Part shown: piece by piece, positions 36,386 through 45,290 of the stretch
Position numbering within the stretch: position 1 is the first letter of the stretch
Layout of the letters: each line of letters starts with the position of its first letter
Assembly: GCA_050012035.1 (NCBI GenBank)
Contig: JBEKHY010000019.1
Coordinates: 971-64,970, forward strand
DNA length: 64,000 nt
Origin: Verrucomicrobiota bacterium
GTDB taxonomy: Bacteria; Verrucomicrobiota; Verrucomicrobiia; Limisphaerales; UBA11358
Direction: 5' to 3'
The notes under the pieces: generated by a model
The model's input: the letters and a program-made list of their open reading frames with translations, nothing else
What the model was told of the DNA's origin: nothing
The model's database searches: none
Made by a program: the position numbers and the translations under genes

Positions 36386-38107
36386 ATGAAACACTTGTTT
36401 GTCCGATTGACGGTCGTGGTCGCCAGCCTGGTGCTGGCCGCCTGGTATGCGGCGGTGCCGGCCAACGGTGCGGTCAACGTCACCGAACACCACAACCACG
36501 ACTCGCGCGACGGTCTTTACGTTGATCCCGCGTTCACGCCCGCGAACGCCGCCGCGCTGAAGCGCGACACGAATTTTGACGGCACCATCAGCGGCAACGT
36601 CTATGCCCAGCCGCTCTACATCGAGGGTGGGCCGGGGGGGCGGGCGATGATCATCGCCGTCACCGAGTCCAACAACGTTTATGCGCTCGACGCGGCCAAT
36701 GGCAAGGTCATCTGGCAACGGCATGTGGGCGCGCCCGTGCCGTTGTCCAGCCTCCCCTGCGGCGACATTGATCCACTCGGCATCACCGGCACACCCATTG
36801 TGGATCTTCCCTCGCGCACGTTGTTTTTTGACGCGATGACCACGCCCGATGGCGGCACCACCAAGAAACATCTCATCTACGCGCTTAACGTGGACACGGG
36901 GACGACCAACAGCGGCTGGCCGGTGGACGTGAACACCAATGCCAAATCCGGCAGCACGACCTTCACATCGGTCACGCAAAATGAACGGGGCGCATTGGCC
37001 ATTGTAAGCAATATCGTTTATGTGCCGTACGGCGGCCATGCCGGTGATTGCGGGACATATCACGGCTGGCTGGTGGGTGTGGCGATGAACCAGCCCACCA
37101 ACGTGCTGGCATGGGCCACGCCGGCGACCGGCGGCGGCGCGTGGGCCGTCGGCGGCATCGCCAGCGACGGGATGAATCCGTTCATCGCCACGGGCAACAC
37201 GTTTGGCGCGAGCACCTGGAGTGGCGGCGAGGCGATTATCCGTTTCCAAACCGGCCCGGTGTTCAGCAGCCTGACGAATGATTACTGGGCGCCCCTCAAC
37301 TGGATGGCGCTCGATTCCGGCGACATTGACCTCGGCGGTTCGGGCGCATTGCTGGTGGACGTGCCGGGCGCCACGCCGTCGAAGCTGGTGGTTTCGCTGG
37401 GCAAGGATGGCAATGCGTATTTGCTGAATCGCACCAATCTCGGCGGCGTCAGTGCGCCGCTGGCGCAGGCGCACATCTCCAGCAGCACCATCATCCAGGC
37501 AGCGGCCACCTACCAGACCACCCAAGGCACCTATGTCGTATGTTGCGGCAACAACACCAGCCTTATCGCCTTCCGCATCAACGCCACCAGCCCGCCGACC
37601 ATTACAAGCGCATGGACCGTGAGCCAGAACGGTCGCGGCTCGCCTTTCGTCACCTCCACCGACGGCACCAACAACGTGATTGTCTGGGGCATCGGTTCCG
37701 AGGGCAACCAACGGCTCCAGGGTTTCAACGGCGACACGGGCGCGGTCGTTTATTCCGGTGGCGGCGCGAACGAGCTGATGACCGGCACCCGGCGGTTTAA
37801 CACGGCCATTGCGGCCCATGGGCGCATTTACGTGGCCAACGACAACAAGGTCTATGCCTTTACCGTGCCGGTGGCGCCAATCGTCCTGACCAATCTGGCC
37901 CTGTTGCCGGGCGGCGCATTTCAATTCGGCTTCACCAACACGCCGGGCATGAATTTTACGGCGTATGGCACCACCAATTTGTCCTTGCCGTTCACCAACT
38001 GGCCCCGGCTAGGCAGCGCCACGGAAATAACGTCCGGCCAGTTCCAATTCACGGATTTGCAGGCGACGACCAATGCGGACCGCTTTTATCGCGTCACGTC
38101 GCCGTGA
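36386..38107 (+). CDS. Secreted PQQ-like beta-propeller repeat protein with a C-terminal FYRV domain
   Basis: Signal peptide. Repeated ..VYALDAANGKVIW.. propeller blades. The last 76 aa end ..DRFYRVTSP. Confidence 0.7.
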   Translation: MKHLFVRLTVVVASLVLAAWYAAVPANGAVNVTEHHNHDSRDGLYVDPAFTPANAAALKRDTNFDGTISGNVYAQPLYIEGGPGGRAMIIAVTESNNVYALDAANGKVIWQRHVGAPVPLSSLPCGDIDPLGITGTPIVDLPSRTLFFDAMTTPDGGTTKKHLIYALNVDTGTTNSGWPVDVNTNAKSGSTTFTSVTQNERGALAIVSNIVYVPYGGHAGDCGTYHGWLVGVAMNQPTNVLAWATPATGGGAWAVGGIASDGMNPFIATGNTFGASTWSGGEAIIRFQTGPVFSSLTNDYWAPLNWMALDSGDIDLGGSGALLVDVPGATPSKLVVSLGKDGNAYLLNRTNLGGVSAPLAQAHISSSTIIQAAATYQTTQGTYVVCCGNNTSLIAFRINATSPPTITSAWTVSQNGRGSPFVTSTDGTNNVIVWGIGSEGNQRLQGFNGDTGAVVYSGGGANELMTGTRRFNTAIAAHGRIYVANDNKVYAFTVPVAPIVLTNLALLPGGAFQFGFTNTPGMNFTAYGTTNLSLPFTNWPRLGSATEITSGQFQFTDLQATTNADRFYRVTSP

Positions 38108-38112
38108 AATCG

Positions 38113-38180
38113 GATGAGGGTTGAGAGTTGGGGGTTGAGAAAAACATCGAACATCTAACATCCAACGTCCAACATCGAAT
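38113..38180. repeat. Two adjacent degenerate heptamer tandem blocks (GTTGAGR x4, then AACATCN x5)
   Basis: GATGAGGGTTGAGAGTTGGGGGTTGAGA and AACATCGAACATCTAACATCCAACGTCCAACATCGAAT, read directly. Confidence 0.8.
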
Positions 38181-38392
38181 TGCCAGGAAGGAGACCGGCA
38201 CTAAAATTCAGGATTCGGGAGTTACAGACTGCGGATGCCCTAGCAACGCTTCCCTCCCTTTTGTGTGATTCGTGTATTTCGTGGTTGTAATCCGGCTCGC
38301 GGGTACGCTCGCCCCACCAAAGCGGGCGGCCCGGTGATCCGTCCCCAGAAAAGTTTGGTGTTTTGGCGGGTGGATTTGGTAACCGTATTGCC

Positions 38393-40456
38393 ATGTCCAA
38401 ACGCATTTGCCTGTTCCTCCTGTTTGCCCTCGTGTTCGTTGCAGGCGCGCAGACCCATCCCGTCAACGCCACCATTGATGCCGGCAAGACCGGCGCGCCG
38501 ATCTCGAAATACATCTATGGCCAGTTCATCGAGCACATCGGCGGCATCATCAACAACGGCATCTGGGCCGAGATACTCGATGACCGGAAATTTTATTACC
38601 CGATCACGTCCCGGGCGCCGGCGAGCGCTCCGGCGCCGGGTAGATTTGGTTTACGGCACTGGACGACTATCGGCCCGGACGAATCCGTGGTGATGGACAC
38701 GAACCAGCCTTATGTCGGCGAGCACACACCGCTCGTAATGCTGGACGGTGCCAGCCCGCGCGGCATCCGGCAGGCTGGATTGGTGGTGCGCCAGGGAAAA
38801 TCCTACACCGGACGCGTGGCGCTGGCGGGCGATTCCAGCGCGGAGGTCACCGTCAGCCTCGTCTGGGGAACCAACGCGAACGAACGCCAGACCGTAACCG
38901 CGGGCAAACTCCACGGTGCATATCGCAAATTTCCCTTCAGCTTCACTGCCGGAGCGGACAGCGACAACGCGCGGCTGGAAATCACCGGGACAGGCAGGGG
39001 CGCCTTTCACATCGGCGCGGTCTCGCTCATGCCAGCGGACAATGTCCAGGGTTTTCGGCGTGAAGTCATTGCGGCGCTGAAGCAATTGCGTTCGGGCGTG
39101 TACCGGTTTCCCGGCGGCAATTATGTCTCGGGCTACGAATGGCGCGACACCATAGGTGACCCGGACAAACGGCCGCCGCGTTGGGATTACGCCTGGAACG
39201 TCATGCAGCCAAACGACGTCGGCATTGATGAATTCATGACCCTATGCAAACTACTCGACGTGGAGCCTTCCCTCACGGTCAACTCCGGCTTCGGCGACGC
39301 GTGGTCCGCCGCCCAACTCGTCGAGTATGCCAACGGCTCGCCGACGACGCCGATGGGCCGGCTGCGCGCAGCCAACGGGCATCACGAACCTTACGGCATC
39401 AAGTTTTGGGGCGTCGGCAATGAGATGTGGGGTGAGTGGTCGCTCGGCGTCATGCCGCTCAAGCAATATGAGATCAAACACAACCTGTTCGCCCAGGCCA
39501 TGCGGGAGGCGGACCCGACCGTCAAACTCATTGCCTGTGGGGCCATGCCCGACGCGATGACCGGGTCAAAGCAATCGCTGCGCCTCAGCGGCAAGCTCGT
39601 TCCCGATCTTCCCGGTCCGGCAGACTGGACGGGCGGACTGTTTTCGCATTGTCTGGCCAACATGGATTACATCAGCGAGCACTTTTACACCTACAACAAC
39701 ACGCATTTTGACCTCGAAAAAGGCGATCAGGTGCCCAACGACCCGAATGAACCGCTGGTGGACTGGGAACGCCGCCCAGCCAACATGGTGCGCGCGAAAT
39801 TCGAGCATTACCAGGAATACCTGAAACGCATTCCCGGCCTCAAAGCCAAGCCGGTGCCCATCTGTATCGACGAATGGGCCTACAGCCGCGTGCCGCCGAA
39901 TTCCTACAAGCTCGTCCCCGCTTACGCGTGGGCATTCGACGAAATGTTCCGGCATTCAGACCTGTATCAGATGGCGGGCTTCACATTTGCCACTTCTCTT
40001 CTCAGCGCCAATCGCACCGAAGCCGTGTTGAATCCCGCCGGACTTCTGTTCAAGCTGTATCGCGATCATTACGGCACGATCCCGGTGGAAGTGACCGGCA
40101 ATTCGCCCCAGCCGCCACCCAAATATCCCGTCGGCGGCGAGCAGCCGAAGGTCAACGCGGGCAGTGACACATTCCCGCTCGACGTGGCGGCGGCGTTGAG
40201 CAGCGACCGGAAAACGCTCACCGTAGCCGTGGTGAACCCGACCGATTCCGCGCAACAGCTCAACCTGACCGTCAAAGGCGTCGAGTTGGCGGGCAAAGGA
40301 CGGTTGTGGCGCATGGCGCCTTCCAGCATCAACGCGACCATCGTGGTGGGGCAAACACCCGAGGTCCAGGTCGAGGAACAGGCGCTGGACAGCATGCCGG
40401 ACACGGCCACCATCGCCCCCATCAGCGTGAACATTTTCGAATTTGCGCTGAAGTGA
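38393..40456 (+). CDS. Alpha-L-arabinofuranosidase, GH51 family
   Basis: Signal peptide. IYGQFIEHIG, RFPGGNYVSGYEWRDTIG, and WGVGNEMWG (catalytic GNE). Confidence 0.85.
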   Translation: MSKRICLFLLFALVFVAGAQTHPVNATIDAGKTGAPISKYIYGQFIEHIGGIINNGIWAEILDDRKFYYPITSRAPASAPAPGRFGLRHWTTIGPDESVVMDTNQPYVGEHTPLVMLDGASPRGIRQAGLVVRQGKSYTGRVALAGDSSAEVTVSLVWGTNANERQTVTAGKLHGAYRKFPFSFTAGADSDNARLEITGTGRGAFHIGAVSLMPADNVQGFRREVIAALKQLRSGVYRFPGGNYVSGYEWRDTIGDPDKRPPRWDYAWNVMQPNDVGIDEFMTLCKLLDVEPSLTVNSGFGDAWSAAQLVEYANGSPTTPMGRLRAANGHHEPYGIKFWGVGNEMWGEWSLGVMPLKQYEIKHNLFAQAMREADPTVKLIACGAMPDAMTGSKQSLRLSGKLVPDLPGPADWTGGLFSHCLANMDYISEHFYTYNNTHFDLEKGDQVPNDPNEPLVDWERRPANMVRAKFEHYQEYLKRIPGLKAKPVPICIDEWAYSRVPPNSYKLVPAYAWAFDEMFRHSDLYQMAGFTFATSLLSANRTEAVLNPAGLLFKLYRDHYGTIPVEVTGNSPQPPPKYPVGGEQPKVNAGSDTFPLDVAAALSSDRKTLTVAVVNPTDSAQQLNLTVKGVELAGKGRLWRMAPSSINATIVVGQTPEVQVEEQALDSMPDTATIAPISVNIFEFALK

Positions 40457-40531
40457 GGGCAGGCAACGGTTGAGAATATAGCGGCAAAGGAAAACTTTGC
40501 CTGCCGGTTCCGTTTTTGCAAAGCTGATGCC

Positions 40532-41365
40532 ATGTTCGAGAACGCCATTCGCCGGATACCGCGCCCGGAGGACGTGCCGCGCCTGAACACGCAGGAACTG
40601 CGGGACACGTTCCTCGTCACCAACCTTTTCACGCCGGGCCAACTCAACGGCACGTTCACCGACCTCGACCGGCTGGTGGTCGGCGGCGTCATGCCGATCA
40701 AGCCGGTAGAACTGCCCAATCACAAGGAAACCGGGTGCGCCTTTTTTCTGGAACGCCGCGAGCTGGGCGCCATCAACGTCGGCGGCACCGGTGCGGTGCA
40801 TGCGGACGGCAAAACATTTTCGCTTAACCGTCTGGCTTGCATTTACTTACCGATGGGCACCAAATCGGTTACCTTCGAGAGCAAGGACGCGAAGAAACCG
40901 GCTAAGTTTTATTTCCTGAGCTGTCCGGCCCACGTGGCGCATCCCGCCGCAATGATGAAACCCAGGGACGCCACGCCCGTGCCGCTCGGCTCGCTGGCGG
41001 CGGCGAACCAACGGACAATTTACAAATACATCCACACCGGCGGTATTCCAAGCTGTCAGCTCGTGATGGGCTTCACTGCACTGGACAAAGGCAGCGTGTG
41101 GAACTCGTTCCCGCCGCACACGCACGGGCGGCGCACGGAGATTTATTTTTATTTCGACCTCGGCGACAACGTCCTGACGCATTTCCTGGGCGAGCCGCAA
41201 CAAACGCGGCACCTTTTCGTGCACAACGAGGAAGCCGCACTGTCGCCGAACTGGTCCATCCATTGCGGCTGCGGCACCGGCAATTACAAATTCATCTGGG
41301 GCATGGCCGGCGAGAACCAGACGTTTGACGACATGGACGGCGTGAAGCCGCTGGATTTGAGGTAG
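40532..41365 (+). CDS. kduI: 5-dehydro-4-deoxy-D-glucuronate isomerase
   Basis: Full-length KduI pattern (..LVVGGVMP.., FPPHTH.RR.EIYFYF cupin). Confidence 0.9.
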   Translation: MFENAIRRIPRPEDVPRLNTQELRDTFLVTNLFTPGQLNGTFTDLDRLVVGGVMPIKPVELPNHKETGCAFFLERRELGAINVGGTGAVHADGKTFSLNRLACIYLPMGTKSVTFESKDAKKPAKFYFLSCPAHVAHPAAMMKPRDATPVPLGSLAAANQRTIYKYIHTGGIPSCQLVMGFTALDKGSVWNSFPPHTHGRRTEIYFYFDLGDNVLTHFLGEPQQTRHLFVHNEEAALSPNWSIHCGCGTGNYKFIWGMAGENQTFDDMDGVKPLDLR

Positions 41366-41412
41366 GGACGCCGCGCTGCGGCGTCCGGTCGGCGCGGCGC
41401 GCCGACCCTACC
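41361..41412. repeat. 52-bp palindromic (REP-like) element, copy 2 (inverted relative to copy 1)
   Basis: GGTAGGGACGCCGCGCTGCGGCGTCCGGTCGGCGCGGCGCGCCGACCCTACC. Its TAG (41363-41365) is the kduI stop codon, and kduD starts 5 nt after the element. Confidence 0.85.
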
Positions 41413-41416
41413 ATCA

Positions 41417-42199
41417 ATGTTTATGGCGCGTTTCAAAAACAAAGTTGTAATTGTCACCGGCGCGAGCCGGGGAATCGGCCAGGCCATCGCCGTCGCGTTT
41501 GCCCGCGAGGGCGCAAAGGTTGTGGGCGTGGCGCGGAGCGATTTGTCTGCGACCGCTTCCCAGGTCAAAACCGCGGGCGGCGAATTCGTGGCCGTCAACG
41601 CCGACCTCGGCAAGACCGCGCAGAAGGAGGCCGCGGATTTGGTGGCGCGGATTTTGAAACAGACCGGCCGCATTGACGTGCTGGTCAACAACGCGGGCAT
41701 CATCCGCCGCGCGCCGGCGGTGGATTTTTCCGAAGCGGACTGGAACGAGGTGCTGCAAACCAATTTGTCCGCGCCGTTTTTCCTCAGCCAGGCCGTGGCG
41801 AAATGGTGGCTCACCGCCGGACGCGGCAAATCGGCGGCCGATGCGCGCCTGAAAATCGTGAACCTCGCCTCCATGTTGTCGTTCCAAGGCGGTATTACCA
41901 TCGTCGCTTACACGGCGAGCAAACACGGCGTCGCGGGGATCACGAAGGCGCTTGCCAACGAATGGGCGAAGGAACGCATCAACATCAACGCCATCGCTCC
42001 GGGTTACATCGCCACGGAGAACACGAAGCCGTTGCGCGAAGACGCCAAACGGAACCAAGCCATCCTCGACCGCATACCCGAAGGCCGGTGGGGCCGGCCG
42101 GAGGACATCGCGGGTGGCTGCGTGTTTCTGGCTTCGCCGGAAGCCGATTATCTCAACGGCGCAGTCATCAACATTGACGGTGGCTGGCTGGCACGTTGA
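41417..42199 (+). CDS. kduD: 2-dehydro-3-deoxy-D-gluconate 5-dehydrogenase-like SDR
   Basis: TGASRGIG, NNAG and YTASK SDR motifs. The assignment to kduD rests on its position immediately after kduI. Confidence 0.75.
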   Translation: MFMARFKNKVVIVTGASRGIGQAIAVAFAREGAKVVGVARSDLSATASQVKTAGGEFVAVNADLGKTAQKEAADLVARILKQTGRIDVLVNNAGIIRRAPAVDFSEADWNEVLQTNLSAPFFLSQAVAKWWLTAGRGKSAADARLKIVNLASMLSFQGGITIVAYTASKHGVAGITKALANEWAKERININAIAPGYIATENTKPLREDAKRNQAILDRIPEGRWGRPEDIAGGCVFLASPEADYLNGAVINIDGGWLAR

Positions 42200-42222
42200 A
42201 CCACAATCATCATCCGTCGCTT

Positions 42223-43515
42223 ATGAAAAATACGTTTGCCCGTTTTCTCGTTTTGCCTGGTCTGGCGTGGTTCTGTGCCGCCCTGACAATTTCCGCCGCA
42301 CCCGGCGACCAGGGAAATCTGGCAGCAGCTTTGAAGGACAAAGGTGTTTCGATCAAAGTCACCAACCCGTCGAATTTCCGCCGCGAAAGTGAAACGATTG
42401 AACTTAATCTGAAGGCCATCGGTGCTCGTTTTCACCTTGACCCGGTGACCGGCAAATTCGCCGTGAGGGACGGCGTTTCCTCAAACATTCTGGATTCACA
42501 GAGTTACGCATCCGAATCGAACTCAACGCCGGACAAATTGCTTTTCCAGGTTGACCTTGGGCCGCATGAGACGCGGACGTTTTATGTTTTGGACGTCTCG
42601 ACGTTAACCAACGTGCCGGAGCCGACAGTCAGGACCTTTGCGCGTTACGTGCCGGAGCGGATGGACGATTTCGCGTGGGAAAGCGACCGCATCGCGTTTC
42701 GCTTGTATGGTCAGGCGCTCATCAAGGGCGAGGGCTTGATCAGCAGCGGCGTGGACGTGTGGATCAAGAGCCAACGCAAGCTCATCATGGATGAAATGTA
42801 CAAGACCGGCCGCTTCCACATGGACAACGGTGATGAGATGGACGATTACCGCGTCGGCACCAGCCGCGGTTGCGGCGGTCTCGGCGTTTGGGATGGCAAA
42901 AAACTCTACGTCTCCAGCAATTACCGCAACTGGCGGCTCATCACCACCGGCCCGATCCGCTCGGAATTCGAAGTGACCTACGACGCGTGGGACGCCGGCG
43001 GTCGGAAAGTTTCCGAGGTCAAACGTATCAGCATTGACGCCGGTTCGTGGTTCAGCAAGGCGCAAAGCATGTTCCGCAGCGACAGCGCATCACCCTTGAC
43101 CATCGCCGCCGGTCTGGCCGAGCGTTCCTGCGGTCCGGACGGCAAAGAACTCATCGCACAGGACAAAACCGAAGGCTGGATGAGTTACTGGCAGCCGGAG
43201 GACAAACCAAAAGGCACCATGGGCGTCGCCATCATTTTGCCGAAGCGCAGCGTCAAAAAATTTACCAACGACAATCCAACCATGCCCGATTCCGTGCTGC
43301 ACGCCGTCGTGCCGCAACCCACGATGGAAGGGGCGCCGCCGATCCGCAACCTGCTTGCCGTCACGCGGGTCAAGATCGGCGAACCATTCACTTATTACTT
43401 TGGGGCGTGCTGGGACCGCAGCGGCGATTTCACCAATCACATTCAGTGGGAAAATTACGTGCGCCGATTCGCCGAACGCCGCGATGCCCCGTTGCACGTG
43501 ACGATGGGAGATTGA
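42223..43515 (+). CDS. DUF4861 domain-containing protein (pectin-locus associated)
   Basis: Signal peptide. FAWESDRIAFRLYG...GVDVWIK...MDDYRVGTSRGCGGLGVW pattern. It follows kduD (annotated start 24 nt downstream; the underlying ORF overlaps kduD by 4 nt). Confidence 0.65.
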   Translation: MKNTFARFLVLPGLAWFCAALTISAAPGDQGNLAAALKDKGVSIKVTNPSNFRRESETIELNLKAIGARFHLDPVTGKFAVRDGVSSNILDSQSYASESNSTPDKLLFQVDLGPHETRTFYVLDVSTLTNVPEPTVRTFARYVPERMDDFAWESDRIAFRLYGQALIKGEGLISSGVDVWIKSQRKLIMDEMYKTGRFHMDNGDEMDDYRVGTSRGCGGLGVWDGKKLYVSSNYRNWRLITTGPIRSEFEVTYDAWDAGGRKVSEVKRISIDAGSWFSKAQSMFRSDSASPLTIAAGLAERSCGPDGKELIAQDKTEGWMSYWQPEDKPKGTMGVAIILPKRSVKKFTNDNPTMPDSVLHAVVPQPTMEGAPPIRNLLAVTRVKIGEPFTYYFGACWDRSGDFTNHIQWENYVRRFAERRDAPLHVTMGD

Positions 43516-43517
43516 AA

Positions 43518-43593
43518 GCAGGGCGTGCCTTCCGTGCGCGCCGTCGTCCCAGCGTGCATATTCAACCGGCGCGCAGAGGACTGCACGCCCTGC
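43518..43593. terminator. Long imperfect hairpin between convergent genes (possible bidirectional terminator)
   Basis: GCAGGGCGTGC (43518-43528) is the exact reverse complement of GCACGCCCTGC (43583-43593). Inner arms are GTGCGCGCCG/CGGCGCGCAG. Confidence 0.4.
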
Positions 43594-43597
43594 CGCA

Positions 43598-44314
43598 TCA
43601 ACCTTTTTGCTGCGCGACCACCTTCAACGCCTCTGCCGTCAAGGCGGTGATTTTCGACCACGCCTTTTCCTGGATGAGCTTGCGCTCACCCATCCAGGAA
43701 CCGGCGACTGCCGCGACCTGCGGGATGGTGAGATAATTCGGCAGGGTCGCCGCATTGATGCCGCCGGTCGGCACAAATTTCACACCGGTGTGCGCAAATG
43801 GCGCGGCCAGCGCCTTGAGCATCGCCGCGCCGCCCGCCGGTTCCGCCGGGAAAAATTTCAAATGCCTCCAGCCCAGGTTCAGCGCGCGGTCCACTTCCGT
43901 TGGCGTCATGACTCCGGGAAAAAACGGCAGGTCGCGTTCCCCGGCTGTGTTTAAAACCGCTTCATTCAGACCGGGAGACACGCCGAATTGCGCGCCGACA
44001 TCAATCGCGCATTGTACCTGTTCCGACGTCAGCAACGTACCGGCGCCGATGGCCATCCGGGGAACTTTCTGGCGGATGCGTTGGATGGCTTCGGCGGCGG
44101 CGGCGGTGCGGAAGGTGATTTCCATCACATTCAATCCACCGGCGAGCAGCGCCTCGGCCAGCGGGACGGCGTCTTCCGCCCGGTCAACCACCGTGATGCA
44201 AAGCAACCGTTGTTTGAGAAAGGATTCGGCGTTCACAAAATGCGTGCACCGATGATACACGACGACGGCGGCGAGTGAACTTGAAATTGGAACCGCGGAT
44301 TTCGCGGATGCCAC
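43598..44314 (-). CDS. eda: 2-dehydro-3-deoxyphosphogluconate / 4-hydroxy-2-oxoglutarate aldolase
   Basis: ..VMEITFRT..A..AI...., GAGT, FPG..TP.E, and LKFFPAE (Schiff-base Lys region). The real start is probably internal, at a non-ATG codon near 44240. Confidence 0.85.
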   Translation of the reverse strand: MASAKSAVPISSSLAAVVVYHRCTHFVNAESFLKQRLLCITVVDRAEDAVPLAEALLAGGLNVMEITFRTAAAAEAIQRIRQKVPRMAIGAGTLLTSEQVQCAIDVGAQFGVSPGLNEAVLNTAGERDLPFFPGVMTPTEVDRALNLGWRHLKFFPAEPAGGAAMLKALAAPFAHTGVKFVPTGGINAATLPNYLTIPQVAAVAGSWMGERKLIQEKAWSKITALTAEALKVVAQQKG

Positions 44315-44367
44315 GGATAAAACTTCAATTCCCTAAGAATCCGCGTAACCGGTGGTTTAGTTGAACT

Positions 44368-44757
44368 ATGAACTTTTCCGTCGAACACATCGGGGTTCCC
44401 GCAACAGACGCCGTCGCATTGAAAAACTGGTATGAACGCGTGCTGGGCGCGCGGGTGATTTGGGACAACGGCCAAAAGCCGCCGGTCTTCATCCTCGCGC
44501 TGGCGGGCGGCGCGTGGCTGGAGATTTATCCGGCCAACGCCGCGCCCAATGCCGGCCGGGGCGACAACAAACTCGCCGGGTTCCGTCATCTGGCGCTCCG
44601 GGTGGATTCCATTGACGCGGCAAAGGCTGAACTCGAACAACGCGGTGTGAAGTTCACGGAAGCAATCAGTCCGGCGGCCGGCGGCGGCCGGGTTTTGTTT
44701 TCCGAGGACAGCGAAGGCAATTTGCTGCATCTGGTCGAGCGACCAGCCGAATTATGA
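44368..44757 (+). CDS. VOC (glyoxalase/bleomycin resistance/dioxygenase) family protein
   Basis: 129 aa. HIGVPATD...FRHLALRVDSID...GNLLHLVE, a paired beta-alpha-beta-beta-beta pattern. Confidence 0.8.
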   Translation: MNFSVEHIGVPATDAVALKNWYERVLGARVIWDNGQKPPVFILALAGGAWLEIYPANAAPNAGRGDNKLAGFRHLALRVDSIDAAKAELEQRGVKFTEAISPAAGGGRVLFSEDSEGNLLHLVERPAEL

Positions 44758-44856
44758 TTGATGATTTGTGATTGAGACGCCAATGCCAGATTCGCGACGG
44801 ATTGAAAACCATAAATCGTAAATCAAAAACCACGGCCACTTTCCCCGGCAGCGCAA

Positions 44857-45273
44857 CTACTTCGCCCGCAGCAGGAGCACGGGCACGCTGATGCTGTGCT
44901 GAACCCGGCTGGCGGTGGCGCCCAGAAATATGTCGGCCAGGAGGCGGTGTCCGTGCGTGCTCATCGCCACCAGGTCGCAACCTTTTTGCTCCACCCATTT
45001 GACGATTTCCTTTACCGGATCGCCGTAAGCCAGTTCGGCCTCGGCAGAAATTCCCGCGCTTTGGAACTCAGCGCGTATTTTTTTCAGATAAGCTGTGTCT
45101 TCGGCGATTTCAGGGCTGACCGCGTCCGGCCCGTAAGTCCGCGCCGCCCAGCCGTCGGCCACGTGCAGTAACACGACGCGGCTGTTCGCCCATTTCGCGA
45201 GCGGCTTGACGTGATCGATAATCGCCCGGTCGGTCGGCGTCGCGTCCAACGTCACGAGAATTTTGTTATACAT
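44857..45273 (-). CDS. Universal stress protein (UspA family)
   Basis: MYNKILVTLD...DLVAMSTHGH....LGATASRVQHSISVPVLLL. Confidence 0.85.
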   Translation of the reverse strand: MYNKILVTLDATPTDRAIIDHVKPLAKWANSRVVLLHVADGWAARTYGPDAVSPEIAEDTAYLKKIRAEFQSAGISAEAELAYGDPVKEIVKWVEQKGCDLVAMSTHGHRLLADIFLGATASRVQHSISVPVLLLRAK

Positions 45274-45290
45274 GGCGGCCTTTTCATTCT

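Noticed and set aside
36371-37924. 517-aa minus-strand ORF
   Set aside because: It is antisense to the PQQ beta-propeller gene, which has a signal peptide and repeated blade motifs.
40457-40531. Terminator after the GH51 gene (GGCAAAG-gaaaa-CTTTGCC)
   Set aside because: The stem is short and the T-run is displaced by ~10 nt. This is not convincing enough to list as a feature.
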